Of a DNA stretch of 36,706 bases, positions 1 through 9,154 are shown piece after piece. The notes under the pieces are model-generated. The model was not told the origin of the DNA and ran no database searches. It saw only the letters and a program-made list of their open reading frames with translations. The first letter of the stretch is position 1, and each line of letters opens with the position of its first letter. This stretch comes from an uncultured Dehalococcoidales bacterium (GTDB lineage Bacteria > Chloroflexota > Dehalococcoidia > GIF9 > AB-539-J10): assembly GCA_964450165.1 (NCBI GenBank), contig CAYVCJ010000003.1:1-36706 (forward strand), written 5' to 3'. The position numbers were made by a program, and so were the translations under genes.

Positions 1-79
1 GCTCTGTATCTTCAGGTATGCCCAGTATGCCCTCTAGGAAAAGCTCACCACAGGGGAATTTTACTTTCCTGGTTATCAC
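1..79 (-). CDS. 5' end of a CDS running off the left window edge; possibly an alpha/beta-fold hydrolase (very tentative)
   Basis: GTG at 79 (minus strand) opens a frame that stays open to position 1, giving 26 codons: (M)ITRKVKFPCGELFLEGILGIPEDTE. An in-frame TGA lies 19 codons upstream. The F..G.L.G.L..P pattern resembles hydrolase N-termini. Very little is visible and there is no clear SD. Confidence 0.25.
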   Translation of the reverse strand, partial: MITRKVKFPCGELFLEGILGIPEDTE

Positions 80-239
80 TCTAATTACGATTCCACGGAG
101 AATTTCTATGACTTTGCAATCATGCCACAGAACTCAGGTCTTCCGTGATTGATAAAATTTGTCCCTGCCTACTACCGAGGGCTGGAACTATTGCCCTTAT
201 TTTTCTTCATTGAGGAAAAGGGTATCACACCCTGGTTCT

Positions 240-1448
240 CTAAGCGTATGCTGAGAATCCCTTGCCCAGGATAGTGTAACCACTTATTAGCTTCATCATC
301 TCGCTTGTGCCATCAGGGATCACCTGCATTCTGGCATCCCTGAAGTATCTCTCTAAGGGCAACTCCTGGGAAAGCCCATTTGCACCGTGAATTTGTATAG
401 CGTGATATGTCACTTTGACCGCCGATTCACCTCCATATACTTTGGCCATTGATGAGAGTCTCCTGGCATCTGGGTCTCCTTTGTTAATTGTATCAATAGC
501 TTTATATCCTAGAAGCCTTGCTGTTTCAATCAAAAGGTTCATCTCATAGAGCATATTCTGAATCAGCTGGTGCCTGCCGATAGGTTTCCCAAATGTAACT
601 CTTTCCTTAGCATAGTTTACCGAAGCTTCAAAAGCTGCCTGGGCTATCCCCACTGACATCAATCCCATTCCTGCCCTGGGCAGTGTGAGCAGTGCGGTGG
701 TTGGTGTCATCGTGGTGAACAATTTTGCGTAGCCCGGCGACATCGTTGGCATCTGGCCTTTGGAAGCCGCATTTTGCAATATGGCACCCATCTCATTTTC
801 TCTAGGAACCTTACAATTATCAAAAAACATTTCTCCGGTGTCTGATGCATTCCATCCTATCTTGTGTAGCGGACTTGTCTCCCATGGAGAAACCTCTTTC
901 TCTATTAGAAGGAAAGTCTGTGCTCCTGTTTCGGGATCTTTTACCCCTACAAATGCTGTATCGCAAGTTACGGCATTGCTTGTCCAGGTTTTTGTGCCAT
1001 TAACGATGTAATAGTCTCCGTCGAGCTTGGCCGTGGTTTGAATGTCTCGGGTATCACACCCTGCCTCAGGTTCAGTCTCGGCGAAAGCCCCGACGAACTC
1101 TCCTTTTTCAAGCCTTGGAAGTACCCTGCTCTTCAAATCATCTGAGGCTATCGGGACAAAAGTTGCTGGAATGGCACCCATGCCGGGAAGCGGCAATAAA
1201 CTTGCCCAAACCTTCGATACCTCTTCTGACATTATCCCGAATAGCATCGGGTCCAAAAATGCCTGCATGTTTTCTGGGTCAAGGCCAATCCCTATCGTTT
1301 GGAAGTTCTTGTTTATCTCTATTTCCTCTTCTCTGGTAAACGGCCCTTCTCTGTCCCTTTTATCAACTATGGGGCCGTATTCCCGTTGCATGAAGTCTCG
1401 AAGAGCATCCCTGAACATCCGTTGCTCTTCAGTTAAGTCGAAATCCAT
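240..1448 (-). CDS. acyl-CoA dehydrogenase family protein (divergent active-site motif)
   Basis: 402-aa ORF. The N-terminus MDFDLTEEQRMFRDALRDF and the C-terminal ...ERYFRDARMQVIPDGTSEM... are ACAD-fold signatures. A GGAGGTG SD lies 4 nt before the ATG. Confidence 0.92.
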   Translation of the reverse strand: MDFDLTEEQRMFRDALRDFMQREYGPIVDKRDREGPFTREEEIEINKNFQTIGIGLDPENMQAFLDPMLFGIMSEEVSKVWASLLPLPGMGAIPATFVPIASDDLKSRVLPRLEKGEFVGAFAETEPEAGCDTRDIQTTAKLDGDYYIVNGTKTWTSNAVTCDTAFVGVKDPETGAQTFLLIEKEVSPWETSPLHKIGWNASDTGEMFFDNCKVPRENEMGAILQNAASKGQMPTMSPGYAKLFTTMTPTTALLTLPRAGMGLMSVGIAQAAFEASVNYAKERVTFGKPIGRHQLIQNMLYEMNLLIETARLLGYKAIDTINKGDPDARRLSSMAKVYGGESAVKVTYHAIQIHGANGLSQELPLERYFRDARMQVIPDGTSEMMKLISGYTILGKGFSAYA

Positions 1449-1525
1449 AGGACACCTCCTTGTTTTTCCTCGGCTTTAGCGTGATAATTCGTTGCTAATA
1501 GCTGGGCTCGTTGCGCGATGACGCA

Positions 1526-1554
1526 ATTCTACCTTGTGCTTCTTTTAAGGTCAA
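1526..1554 (-). promoter_or_regulatory. candidate sigma70-type promoter for the ACAD gene
   Basis: Minus strand: TTGACC (1554..1549), 17-nt spacer, TAGAAT (1531..1526). It lies about 75 nt upstream of the ATG at 1448. Confidence 0.4.
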
Positions 1555-1664
1555 CTGTGTATTGGTAGCCTCTTATTGTAACTATGGTGCAGTTCTAGCA
1601 ATCGATGGCAAAAAAGGCAAGGCTAGACCACAAATTTCAATTCAACGATGCGATTCTACCTTTG

Positions 1665-4334
1665 CTAGAGTTCTAGGGTTATTTTGATTTCGTCTGAAGA
1701 ATAAGGCTGTGTCGTGAAACCGAGCTTTTTGGCTAGTCTTAGCATTTTTGTGTTGTCACGTAACGCGACCCCATAGATGCTTTTTAGCCCTTTCTCTTGA
1801 GCTATACCTATCAACATGTCGGAGAGTTTTAGCCCCAAACCATTACCTTGGAAATCGTCAGCAACTAAAACAGCGAATTCACCTGTTTCGCCACCAGATT
1901 GAATGATCAGTCTTCCAACCCCCACGTTCCTCTTCTTACCGTTCGAGGTATATTCACCTATAATAGCCATCTCCCGCTCATAGTCAATGTTGCAGAACCT
2001 GGTGAGCATCCCATGTGTTATGTCTTTGATTGAGTAAAAAAATCTAAACCTCATAGATTGTTCTGAAAGCTCTGCTATGAGTTCCCTTTCGAGTAATTCG
2101 TCCTCAGGCCTGATGGGTCTTAACAAAACAACTCTTCCATCCCTACATCTCCATGGCTGGACATATCTAGTTGGGTAGGGAGATATTATCAAATGGCCAT
2201 ATTCCTGCATTCCTTTTCGTATTGCCTCTTCATCAAGAATTATTCTTGCGTCTAGAGCAATAGCGGCATTACTAGTCACAATTAATGGATTAATATCAAT
2301 TTCGGTTATCTCTGGAAAATCAATGAGCAGGTTTGAAAACTTTACTAACGTTTCCTCCAACAGTCGCAAGTTAACAGGCGGTTTGGTTCTGAATCCCTGG
2401 GATAGTATTTTATAAATCTTGGTTTGTTCCAGCAGTCTTCTAGCTAGTACCTGATTCAAAGGTGGTAGTCCTACCGCAATATCCTTGAAGAACTCTGCCT
2501 CTGTCCCTCCGAGGCCAAACATTATCACAGGACCAAAAATTGAGTCCTTTTTGCTGCCAACAATGAGTTCATAATCATAATTTGTAATCATCTTCTGCAC
2601 GCTAACCCCTTCGACATCAGCATCAGGTTTGCATTTCCTGGCATTTTCCATTATTTCGCTAAATGCCTTTTGTACCTCATCAGCGGAGGGAATATTTAGC
2701 TTGATTCCTCCGACGTCTGATTTATGGGTTATGTCGGGAGAGGATATCTTCATTACCACTGGATAACCAACTTGTGATGCTATCCTGGCAGCATCTTTAG
2801 TATCTTTAGCTACATATGCAATTGCAGAGGAGATTCCATATGTTGTCAGGAACTTTTTTGAGTTTTCCTCAGTCAAAACTGTTCTCCCCGCCTTCACTGC
2901 CTTGCGGATGAGTGTTTTTAGATAGTTTTTAGAAGGTCCTGTGTCGAGTGGTAATTCTTCAGGGGTTTCATATAATGACTCCAGATTACGAGCATACTGA
3001 TACATATATAAATATGTTCTAATTGCTTCTTCGGGGAATTCATAAGTGGGGATTTTGCTCTCGTAAAATAACTGTCTCGCCTTGGCTACTTCTCCATTAC
3101 CCATCCAGGTGGTCAGAATAGGCTTGTTACTCTTGGCATACTTGATAATAGCCTTTGCTGCTTCAGTGGGCCCAGCTCCACCTTGCGGTGTATATATAGC
3201 TATGATGCCGTCAACTCCAGGGTCTTTAACGATAACCCCGATAGTTTTCGTATATCTTTGGGAATCTGAATCTCCAAGAATGTCAACAGGATTAGATTTA
3301 CTCCAGTTAGGGGGCAAAAACTCATTCAATTTGGTGAGCGCCACATCGCTGAGCTGAGCTAAGTTACCGCCTCTGTCTATCAGGGTATCCGTGGCTAGCA
3401 CTGCTGGGCCACCAGCGTTGGTTACTATAGCTAAATTTGGTCCTTTAGGTAGCTTAGCGGTGTTCAGTATAGAAGCGCAGTTGAAAAGGTCCTCAATTTC
3501 TTCTACTCTCACGACACCAGCTCTACGAAAAATAGCATCATAGTACGAATCTTCGCCTACCATAGCTCCTGTATGGGACTTGGCTGCCTTGACACTCTCT
3601 TGGAACCTTCCCCCCTTTAATACGATTATCGGCTTTGTTCTAGCGAAACCTCTGGCAGCACTCATGAATTTCTTGGCGTTTCCTATGGATTCTAAGTATA
3701 TAATTATGCTTCTGGTCTCAGGATCCTCACCAAAGTAATCTATTAAGTCACCGAAATTGATATCTAGCATAGAACCCAGTGAAACAAAGGCACTGAAACC
3801 AATACCTTTACTGGTCGCCCAATCAAGGACGGCGGATCCTAGTGCACCGCTTTGTGACAAGAAGGCCACGTGTCCAGGTTCAGGCATTCTGGTGGTGAAT
3901 GTTGTATTTAAATTAGCGCTGGGTCTAATTACGCCCATGCAATTAGGTCCCATTATCCTAATATCATATCTGCTGGCTATATTTGCTATTCTATCTTCGC
4001 GCGATTTTCCATCCGCTCCTATTTCCTTAAAACCAGCGGAAATGATGATGATGGCCTTAACACCAGCCTTGCCAATTTCTTCGACTAAATCAGCAACGCC
4101 TTTAGCAGGTGTAACAATGACAGCGAGATCAGGAAGTTCAGGTAATGAATTTATGTCAGGATAGCATTTTATGCCGAGTGCTTTTTCTCTATTGGGGTTT
4201 ACAGGATATATTTTACGGCTATCCTTAGCCAGCAACAAATTTTCTAGAATTATTTTTCCTACTGTGCCTTCCCTATCTGTAGCTCCAACCACAGCTACAC
4301 TGCCGGGGTTAAAAAACAGCTTTATCTTTTCCAT
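1665..4334 (-). CDS. ADP-forming acetyl-CoA synthetase-like / GNAT acetyltransferase fusion (Pat-type architecture)
   Basis: 889-aa ORF with three parts. The N-terminus has CoA-binding and CoA-ligase domains (GSVAVVGATDREG; SHTGAMVG loop). The centre is an ATP-grasp domain (GYPVVMKISSPDITHKSDVGGIKLNI). The C-terminus is a GNAT domain (QGNGLGLKL acetyl-CoA loop). Confidence 0.9.
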   Translation of the reverse strand: MEKIKLFFNPGSVAVVGATDREGTVGKIILENLLLAKDSRKIYPVNPNREKALGIKCYPDINSLPELPDLAVIVTPAKGVADLVEEIGKAGVKAIIIISAGFKEIGADGKSREDRIANIASRYDIRIMGPNCMGVIRPSANLNTTFTTRMPEPGHVAFLSQSGALGSAVLDWATSKGIGFSAFVSLGSMLDINFGDLIDYFGEDPETRSIIIYLESIGNAKKFMSAARGFARTKPIIVLKGGRFQESVKAAKSHTGAMVGEDSYYDAIFRRAGVVRVEEIEDLFNCASILNTAKLPKGPNLAIVTNAGGPAVLATDTLIDRGGNLAQLSDVALTKLNEFLPPNWSKSNPVDILGDSDSQRYTKTIGVIVKDPGVDGIIAIYTPQGGAGPTEAAKAIIKYAKSNKPILTTWMGNGEVAKARQLFYESKIPTYEFPEEAIRTYLYMYQYARNLESLYETPEELPLDTGPSKNYLKTLIRKAVKAGRTVLTEENSKKFLTTYGISSAIAYVAKDTKDAARIASQVGYPVVMKISSPDITHKSDVGGIKLNIPSADEVQKAFSEIMENARKCKPDADVEGVSVQKMITNYDYELIVGSKKDSIFGPVIMFGLGGTEAEFFKDIAVGLPPLNQVLARRLLEQTKIYKILSQGFRTKPPVNLRLLEETLVKFSNLLIDFPEITEIDINPLIVTSNAAIALDARIILDEEAIRKGMQEYGHLIISPYPTRYVQPWRCRDGRVVLLRPIRPEDELLERELIAELSEQSMRFRFFYSIKDITHGMLTRFCNIDYEREMAIIGEYTSNGKKRNVGVGRLIIQSGGETGEFAVLVADDFQGNGLGLKLSDMLIGIAQEKGLKSIYGVALRDNTKMLRLAKKLGFTTQPYSSDEIKITLEL

Positions 4335-4536
4335 GGTCTTCTCCCTATCCTTGCTAGTTAGCAGTCTGCTTGATTAATAATTTATGCACAGCCCCATATC
4401 CATTAATGTTATCGCTATTATAGTATCTCATACGGTCAGTGGAAGGGAAATCTTTACTTTCGTTAACCTTCGTAGCACAGCCGCCTCCTTTGACGATTGC
4501 GAGCAAAATTGGTAAGCTACATGATTCAGGAGTGAA

Positions 4537-5883
4537 ATGACTAGCAACGTGAATATGGAGAAGATTGTTTCTTTGTGCAAGCGAAGGGGCTTTGTCTTTC
4601 CCAGCAGTGAGATCTACGGTGGTTTGGCCAGCTGCTGGGATTATGGACCCTTTGGAGTGGAGCTTAAGCGAAATATTAAGGATGCTTGGTGGAAGACTAT
4701 AGTTCAAGAACGAGACGATGTGGTTGGTCTGGAAACGAGCATCATGATGCATCCAAAAATCTGGGAGGCAAGCGGACACATTGCTAGTTTCACTGACCCC
4801 TTGGTGGAGTGTAAGTCATGTCATCTGAGGTGGAGGGCTACCGAGGTAGATAGGGATAGGTGCCCCAAATGCGGAGGGGAGCTAACTGAGCCCCGTATGT
4901 TTAATCTGATGTTCAAAACGCTTATGGGTCCTGTTGAGGATGAGGCAGGCACTATTTACCTCCGCCCTGAGACTGCCCAAGGGATGTTTGTCAATTTTGA
5001 TAATGCTGTAACTATTTCGAGGAGGAAACTACCTTTAGGCATTGCTCAAATTGGCAAATCGTTCCGCAATGAGATTACGCCGGGCAATTTTATCTTCAGG
5101 ACTAGAGAATTTGAGCATATGGAGCTGGAATATTTCGTGAAGCCGGATACAGCTAAGTATTGGTTTGATTATTGGGTGAAGGAACGATTTAACTGGTATA
5201 CCAATCTTGGCATCAGAAAGGAAAATCTCCGTTTGCGACAGCATGGTAAAGGAGAGCTAGCTCATTATGCTGAAGATTGCTATGACGTTGAGTATTTATT
5301 TCCCATGGGATGGTCGGAACTAGAGGGTATTGCCAATCGCGGAGATTATGACCTAAGTCAGCATGCCGAATACAGTGGTAGGGATCTCAGCTATTATGAC
5401 GACGAAAGTGGGCAGCACTATATTCCTTACATTATTGAGCCCTCGGCTGGTGTTGAACGTTCTTTCTTGGCTTTCATCATTGATGCCTATCGAGAGGAGA
5501 TGGTGGAGGGGGAAAAAAGGGTGGTTTTACGTCTTTGTCCTTCTTTAGCACCCATAAAGGTGGCTGTTCTACCTTTGAGCAGGAACGAAAAGTTAACTCC
5601 TCTAGCCAGGGAAATTCATAAGCAGCTGCGCTCTAACTTCATGACCTGGTATGATGATTCTCAGAGCATTGGGCGAAGATATCGGCGTCAGGACGAAATT
5701 GGCACGCCGTTCTGTGTTACCATAGATTTTGAGTCTCTGGAGGACCACCAAGTCACCATTCGAGATAGAGATAGCCTGGCACAAATCAGGGTGCCTATAG
5801 GGGAGCTCGAGAAAACTTTGCGAGCCAAGCTGAATGGTGAACCTTTTGATGTCTCTTCCCTATGGGCAACAAGGCAGAAATAA
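4537..5883 (+). CDS. glyQS: glycine--tRNA ligase (homodimeric class II type)
   Basis: 448-aa ORF with motifs YGGLASCWDYGP and FRNEITPGNFIFRTREFEHMELEYF, and a CxxC...CxxC knuckle. An AGGAG SD lies upstream of the ATG. Confidence 0.95.
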   Translation: MTSNVNMEKIVSLCKRRGFVFPSSEIYGGLASCWDYGPFGVELKRNIKDAWWKTIVQERDDVVGLETSIMMHPKIWEASGHIASFTDPLVECKSCHLRWRATEVDRDRCPKCGGELTEPRMFNLMFKTLMGPVEDEAGTIYLRPETAQGMFVNFDNAVTISRRKLPLGIAQIGKSFRNEITPGNFIFRTREFEHMELEYFVKPDTAKYWFDYWVKERFNWYTNLGIRKENLRLRQHGKGELAHYAEDCYDVEYLFPMGWSELEGIANRGDYDLSQHAEYSGRDLSYYDDESGQHYIPYIIEPSAGVERSFLAFIIDAYREEMVEGEKRVVLRLCPSLAPIKVAVLPLSRNEKLTPLAREIHKQLRSNFMTWYDDSQSIGRRYRRQDEIGTPFCVTIDFESLEDHQVTIRDRDSLAQIRVPIGELEKTLRAKLNGEPFDVSSLWATRQK

Positions 5884-5900
5884 GGCTGCTCTACGTCAGG

Positions 5901-7601
5901 CTACTTCATTAGCTTAAACGCCGCGACATCCACTAATCCCAAATCGGTCAATCTCAATTCGGGAATTACCGGTAAGGCGAGGAAGGAAAGGATGGAAAAC
6001 GGTGCGGCCGGCAAATTGCCTAAACTTGCAGCAGCTTTTTCTAGTTGTTCAAATTGAACTACCACTGTTTTCAAAGGCTCGGGGGAGAGCAATCCAGCGA
6101 TAGGCAGTGGCACGGAGGCTAGGGTCTGTCCTGCAGCGCAGACGACAAGTCCACCTTGTAAATTTTCTATCTGCTCGATTGCAGTAAAGATGTCGGCATC
6201 ATTAGTGCCTACGGCTATTATGTTGTGGGAATCGTGGGCTATTGATGAGGCTAAAGCTCCTTTCTTCAAGCCAAAGCCTTTGACCAGTCCGACCCCAATG
6301 TTTCCGCTAGCTTTATGCCGTTCCACCACCACGAGCTTCAGGATATCATTCTCAATGTCAGAGACGATTATTCCTCGGTCGCTTTTCACCTTTTGCAGTC
6401 TTTTTCTGGTAACTATTTGTCCCGGCACGATTTCGATAACTGGCTGAGTTTCGCTGTTGGCAGTTAGTTTAAGTTGCTCAGTGGTAAATGGCTTCTTAAT
6501 ATGTATTGTATTTGTCAATCCAGGTGAGATTTGGGGTGTTGAGAATAGACATTTACCTTTTTTAGCTACCAGCTTACCTTGATAGAACACCATATCTACA
6601 GTTAATTTGGGAAGTTCGGTGAAGGTGATGAGGTTAGCCAGGTAGCCTGGAGCAATAGCTCCAAGGTTACCTAGTTGGAAATATTCGGCGGCATTTATGG
6701 TAGCCAATTGCAAAGCTCGAATTGGGGCTAGTCCATGGCTAATGGCTTTTCTCACCACGGCGTCGACATCACCTTCCCGGAGCAAGTCGGAGCAAGTGCG
6801 GTCATCCACTACAAAGAAACATCTTTTGTAAGTGTTGTCATTGATTAGTGGCAGAAGGGCGTCAAGGTTCTTCTCTGAGGAACCTTCTCTAATCATGAGA
6901 TACATTCCCCGTTTTAACCTTTCGCTACCTTCTTCAAAAGTTGTGCATTCGTGGTCGGACAGGATTCCCGCTGCCTTATAGGCATTGAGTTTCTTGCCAC
7001 TTAGTCCTGGGGCATGTCCGTCAATTATTTTGCCTTGTGCAGCATTAATTTTGCGTAGTATTTCGTTATCGCCATTTATTACGCCGGGGAAATTCATCAT
7101 TTCCCCCAGTCCGATAACATTTTGGAGGGTGAGGATTTGCTCTATTTCTTCCACACTGATTCTGGCACCTGATGTCTCAAGAGAAGTTGATGGCACACAT
7201 GAAGGAGCCATGAAGAATATGTCCATGGGCAAGTTTCCCCCCCAATCAATAACAAATCTTATTCCTTGGATGCCACAAACATTGGCAAGTTCATGCAGGT
7301 CGGTGACTGAGGCTAAGATTCCTCTGGGCACGACTGCTTCAGCATATCGAGCGGGATGGAGCATGGAGCTTTCAATGTGGATATGCCCATCAATTAGCGC
7401 TGGAGACAAGTATTCGCCTTCCAGGTCAATGATTTCCTTCGCCTCGGTGTAATCTCCGATCCCGGCAATCTTGCCATCGTAAATAGCTACGTTGCCTTGC
7501 TCTATTTCGCCGATGAAGGTGTTTATGATGTGGGCGTTCTTTAGTAGCAAGTCTGGTAGAGAATCCCCTCTGGCCACGGAAATAAGTTCAGCTAGATTCA
7601 T
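5901..7601 (-). CDS. ade: adenine deaminase
   Basis: The track ORF runs to 7670, but its first 23 codons lie inside hpt. The ATG at 7601 (MNLAELISVARGD...) is preceded by GAGGA. The amidohydrolase metal motif DGHIHIESS and a length of about 566 aa are typical of Ade. Confidence 0.9.
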   Translation of the reverse strand: MNLAELISVARGDSLPDLLLKNAHIINTFIGEIEQGNVAIYDGKIAGIGDYTEAKEIIDLEGEYLSPALIDGHIHIESSMLHPARYAEAVVPRGILASVTDLHELANVCGIQGIRFVIDWGGNLPMDIFFMAPSCVPSTSLETSGARISVEEIEQILTLQNVIGLGEMMNFPGVINGDNEILRKINAAQGKIIDGHAPGLSGKKLNAYKAAGILSDHECTTFEEGSERLKRGMYLMIREGSSEKNLDALLPLINDNTYKRCFFVVDDRTCSDLLREGDVDAVVRKAISHGLAPIRALQLATINAAEYFQLGNLGAIAPGYLANLITFTELPKLTVDMVFYQGKLVAKKGKCLFSTPQISPGLTNTIHIKKPFTTEQLKLTANSETQPVIEIVPGQIVTRKRLQKVKSDRGIIVSDIENDILKLVVVERHKASGNIGVGLVKGFGLKKGALASSIAHDSHNIIAVGTNDADIFTAIEQIENLQGGLVVCAAGQTLASVPLPIAGLLSPEPLKTVVVQFEQLEKAAASLGNLPAAPFSILSFLALPVIPELRLTDLGLVDVAAFKLMK

Positions 7602-8130
7602 CGTCCTCAAAAACACATATATCTGGTAAGTTGCGAAATTTCTGATTGAGATCAAGCCCATAACCAACAATAAATTTATCAGGCATGGTGAACCCTAGGT
7701 AGTCAATAGATACCGGAACCTTGTGGTGGGATGGCTTATCGGTTAGAGCACAAAGCTTTAAGGAAGCAGGCTTTTTCTTTCCTAAATAATTGAGCAAGAA
7801 AGAGATGGTAAGCCCGGTATCCACAATATCCTCAATCACAAGGACGTGTCTGTCTTCTACAGGTGTTTTAAGTCTTTGAACTACCTTGACTTTGCCTGAA
7901 CTCTGCATGCCAGTGCCATAGCTGCAAAGCTTGATGAAATCGATTTCCACTGGCAAATCCAGTTGGCGAATAAGGTCAGCCATGAACACAAAGGAGCCTT
8001 TGAGGACGCCGATAAGCAAAGGATACTTGCCCCGGTAATCTTCTTTTATCTCGTTGGCTAGTTTGGCTACGGCGTTCTTTATTTCCTCTCTGCTGATGAG
8101 TACTTTAAGTTGACAATCTTTATCTGGCAT
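7588..8130 (-). CDS. hpt: hypoxanthine phosphoribosyltransferase
   Basis: 180 aa. PRPP-binding loop VLVIEDIVDTGLT and a type I PRTase layout. The 3' end overlaps the ade start by 14 nt. Confidence 0.93.
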   Translation of the reverse strand: MPDKDCQLKVLISREEIKNAVAKLANEIKEDYRGKYPLLIGVLKGSFVFMADLIRQLDLPVEIDFIKLCSYGTGMQSSGKVKVVQRLKTPVEDRHVLVIEDIVDTGLTISFLLNYLGKKKPASLKLCALTDKPSHHKVPVSIDYLGFTMPDKFIVGYGLDLNQKFRNLPDICVFEDDESS

Positions 8131-8142
8131 TATCTTTATCGC

Positions 8143-8171
8143 TTGAATTCCTTATAGCGCCGTGCTAAATT
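8143..8171 (+). promoter_or_regulatory. candidate promoter for tRNA-Ala
   Basis: TTGAAT (8143..8148), 17-nt spacer, TAAATT (8166..8171). The predicted start about 7 nt downstream coincides with tRNA position +1 (8178). Confidence 0.35.
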
Positions 8172-8177
8172 AGCTGT

Positions 8178-8250
8178 GGGGCTGTAGCTCAATCGGGAGA
8201 GCGCCTCAATGGCATTGAGGAGGTAGTGGGTTCGAATCCCATCAGCTCCA
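8178..8250 (+). tRNA. tRNA-Ala, anticodon GGC; 3' CCA not encoded
   Basis: A 73-nt cloverleaf folded by hand:
- acceptor GGGGCTG/CAGCTCC, with the G3:U70 alanine identity pair;
- D arm GCTC/GAGC;
- anticodon stem CCTCA/TGAGG, with loop AT-GGC-AT;
- T arm GTGGG-TTCGAAT-CCCAT;
- discriminator A, followed by CAT rather than CCA. Confidence 0.9.
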
Positions 8251-8294
8251 CATTTACTTTAGAGTTAACGCTTATTAAGTTGACATAAAGCATG

Positions 8295-8966
8295 CTAATT
8301 CTTGTTTTCCTTAGCAGTAGATGTTTCTTGCGGTTGCTCTTTCCTGGTTTGGCGGAAAAAGAAATACCAAGCTAGCGTTCCTATGCCGACTACTGCTATC
8401 ACCAGGCTGGTGATGAAGAGGGGACGAAATTCTGGAGCGAGGAGCTTTGATAGGCCACCCCCAAAAGCTCCTAAGGCGAGGTAAATCCCCTCCCAGATTA
8501 GCAGTTGGATAAGCACACCTATAAAGAAGTATCGGAAACGAATGCGCGTTGTACCATAAGTAACTGAAGCAAGAACTCCAAGCCCCGGGGTAAGTCTTGC
8601 CATAATCAGGTTGGGTAGAGCAAACTTTGCGATTTTTTGCCTTGTCTTTTCCAGGCGTTCCCTTGTGATTCGGATACGCTGGCCAAATTTGTCCACGAGC
8701 CTGTCTCCAAAGGAGTGTGAAAACCAATAGGTTGATGTGGAACCACACAAGCGTCCCGCAGGTGCTAGGATCAAGAAGGGAGCTAGGGAGGCAGTACTAC
8801 CTGTCCCATGGACAATCTGGAAGCCGGCAAAAACTATTAGGCCTTCTATGATTGGGTATGTAGGCAGACCCATCTCGGTAAGCATGGCAAGCAAAAATAT
8901 AATAGCCAGCCCTAATAAGCTGCCTGCCGTCACAGTCCCAAGTATTTGAACTACATCCTGCCACAT
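8295..8966 (-). CDS. DedA/VTT-domain family inner-membrane protein
   Basis: 223 aa, multi-pass and hydrophobic. DedA-like core (EMGLPTYPIIEGLIVFAG ... RLTPGLGVLASVTYG) and a basic C-terminal tail. Confidence 0.82.
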   Translation of the reverse strand: MWQDVVQILGTVTAGSLLGLAIIFLLAMLTEMGLPTYPIIEGLIVFAGFQIVHGTGSTASLAPFLILAPAGRLCGSTSTYWFSHSFGDRLVDKFGQRIRITRERLEKTRQKIAKFALPNLIMARLTPGLGVLASVTYGTTRIRFRYFFIGVLIQLLIWEGIYLALGAFGGGLSKLLAPEFRPLFITSLVIAVVGIGTLAWYFFFRQTRKEQPQETSTAKENKN

Positions 8967-9154
8967 AGTTATGAATCAGGAAATTTCTTATTAATCTTTC
9001 CCGTCTTTATTAAGTAAGTTTAGCTTATATGCCGTGTGCTAGTAAAGTATCTGGCTCACTGGCAATATTGGAGACGGAAACGCTACCGAGTTGACTTTTG
9101 GTGTTACTTTTTTGGAGATGGCAGGTATAATAGAGTATTTGGTTTGGGGAAATC

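Noticed and set aside
1516-1666. Direct repeat CGATG(A)CG(CA)ATTCTACCTT(G)TGCT at about 1516..1540 and about 1646..1666.
   Set aside because: There are about 21 matching nt, but only with three gaps. The first copy is explained by the ACAD promoter -10 element (TAGAAT on the minus strand). The second overlaps the Pat stop codon and has no -35. This is close to chance expectation once gaps are allowed.
4335-4536. Possible T-box or riboswitch leader upstream of glyQS. The same was considered upstream of metG (8967..9154) and speD (28837..28953).
   Set aside because: I could not find a T-box sequence (AAnnnGGGTGGTACCGCG-like), a specifier-loop architecture or a terminator/antiterminator pair. 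The speD leader has only a 6-bp hairpin (GCCCGA/TTGGGC) without a U-tract.
4354-4779. 141-aa minus-strand ORF spanning the Pat/glyQS divergent spacer and the glyQS 5' end.
   Set aside because: It is antisense to the highly conserved GlyRS N-terminus, has no SD and its composition is not protein-like. It is a shadow ORF.
5901-7670. Full-length 589-aa version of the adenine deaminase ORF.
   Set aside because: The extra 23 N-terminal codons (MLVMGLISIRNFATYQIYVFLRT) lie within the hpt coding region on the same strand and are not protein-family-like. The ATG at 7601 with its GAGGA SD fits the family N-terminus.
8311-8748. 145-aa alternative-frame ORF on the same strand inside the DedA gene.
   Set aside because: It is an out-of-frame overlap with a coherent multi-TM DedA reading frame. 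Its translation is Pro/Arg/Trp-rich and unconvincing.
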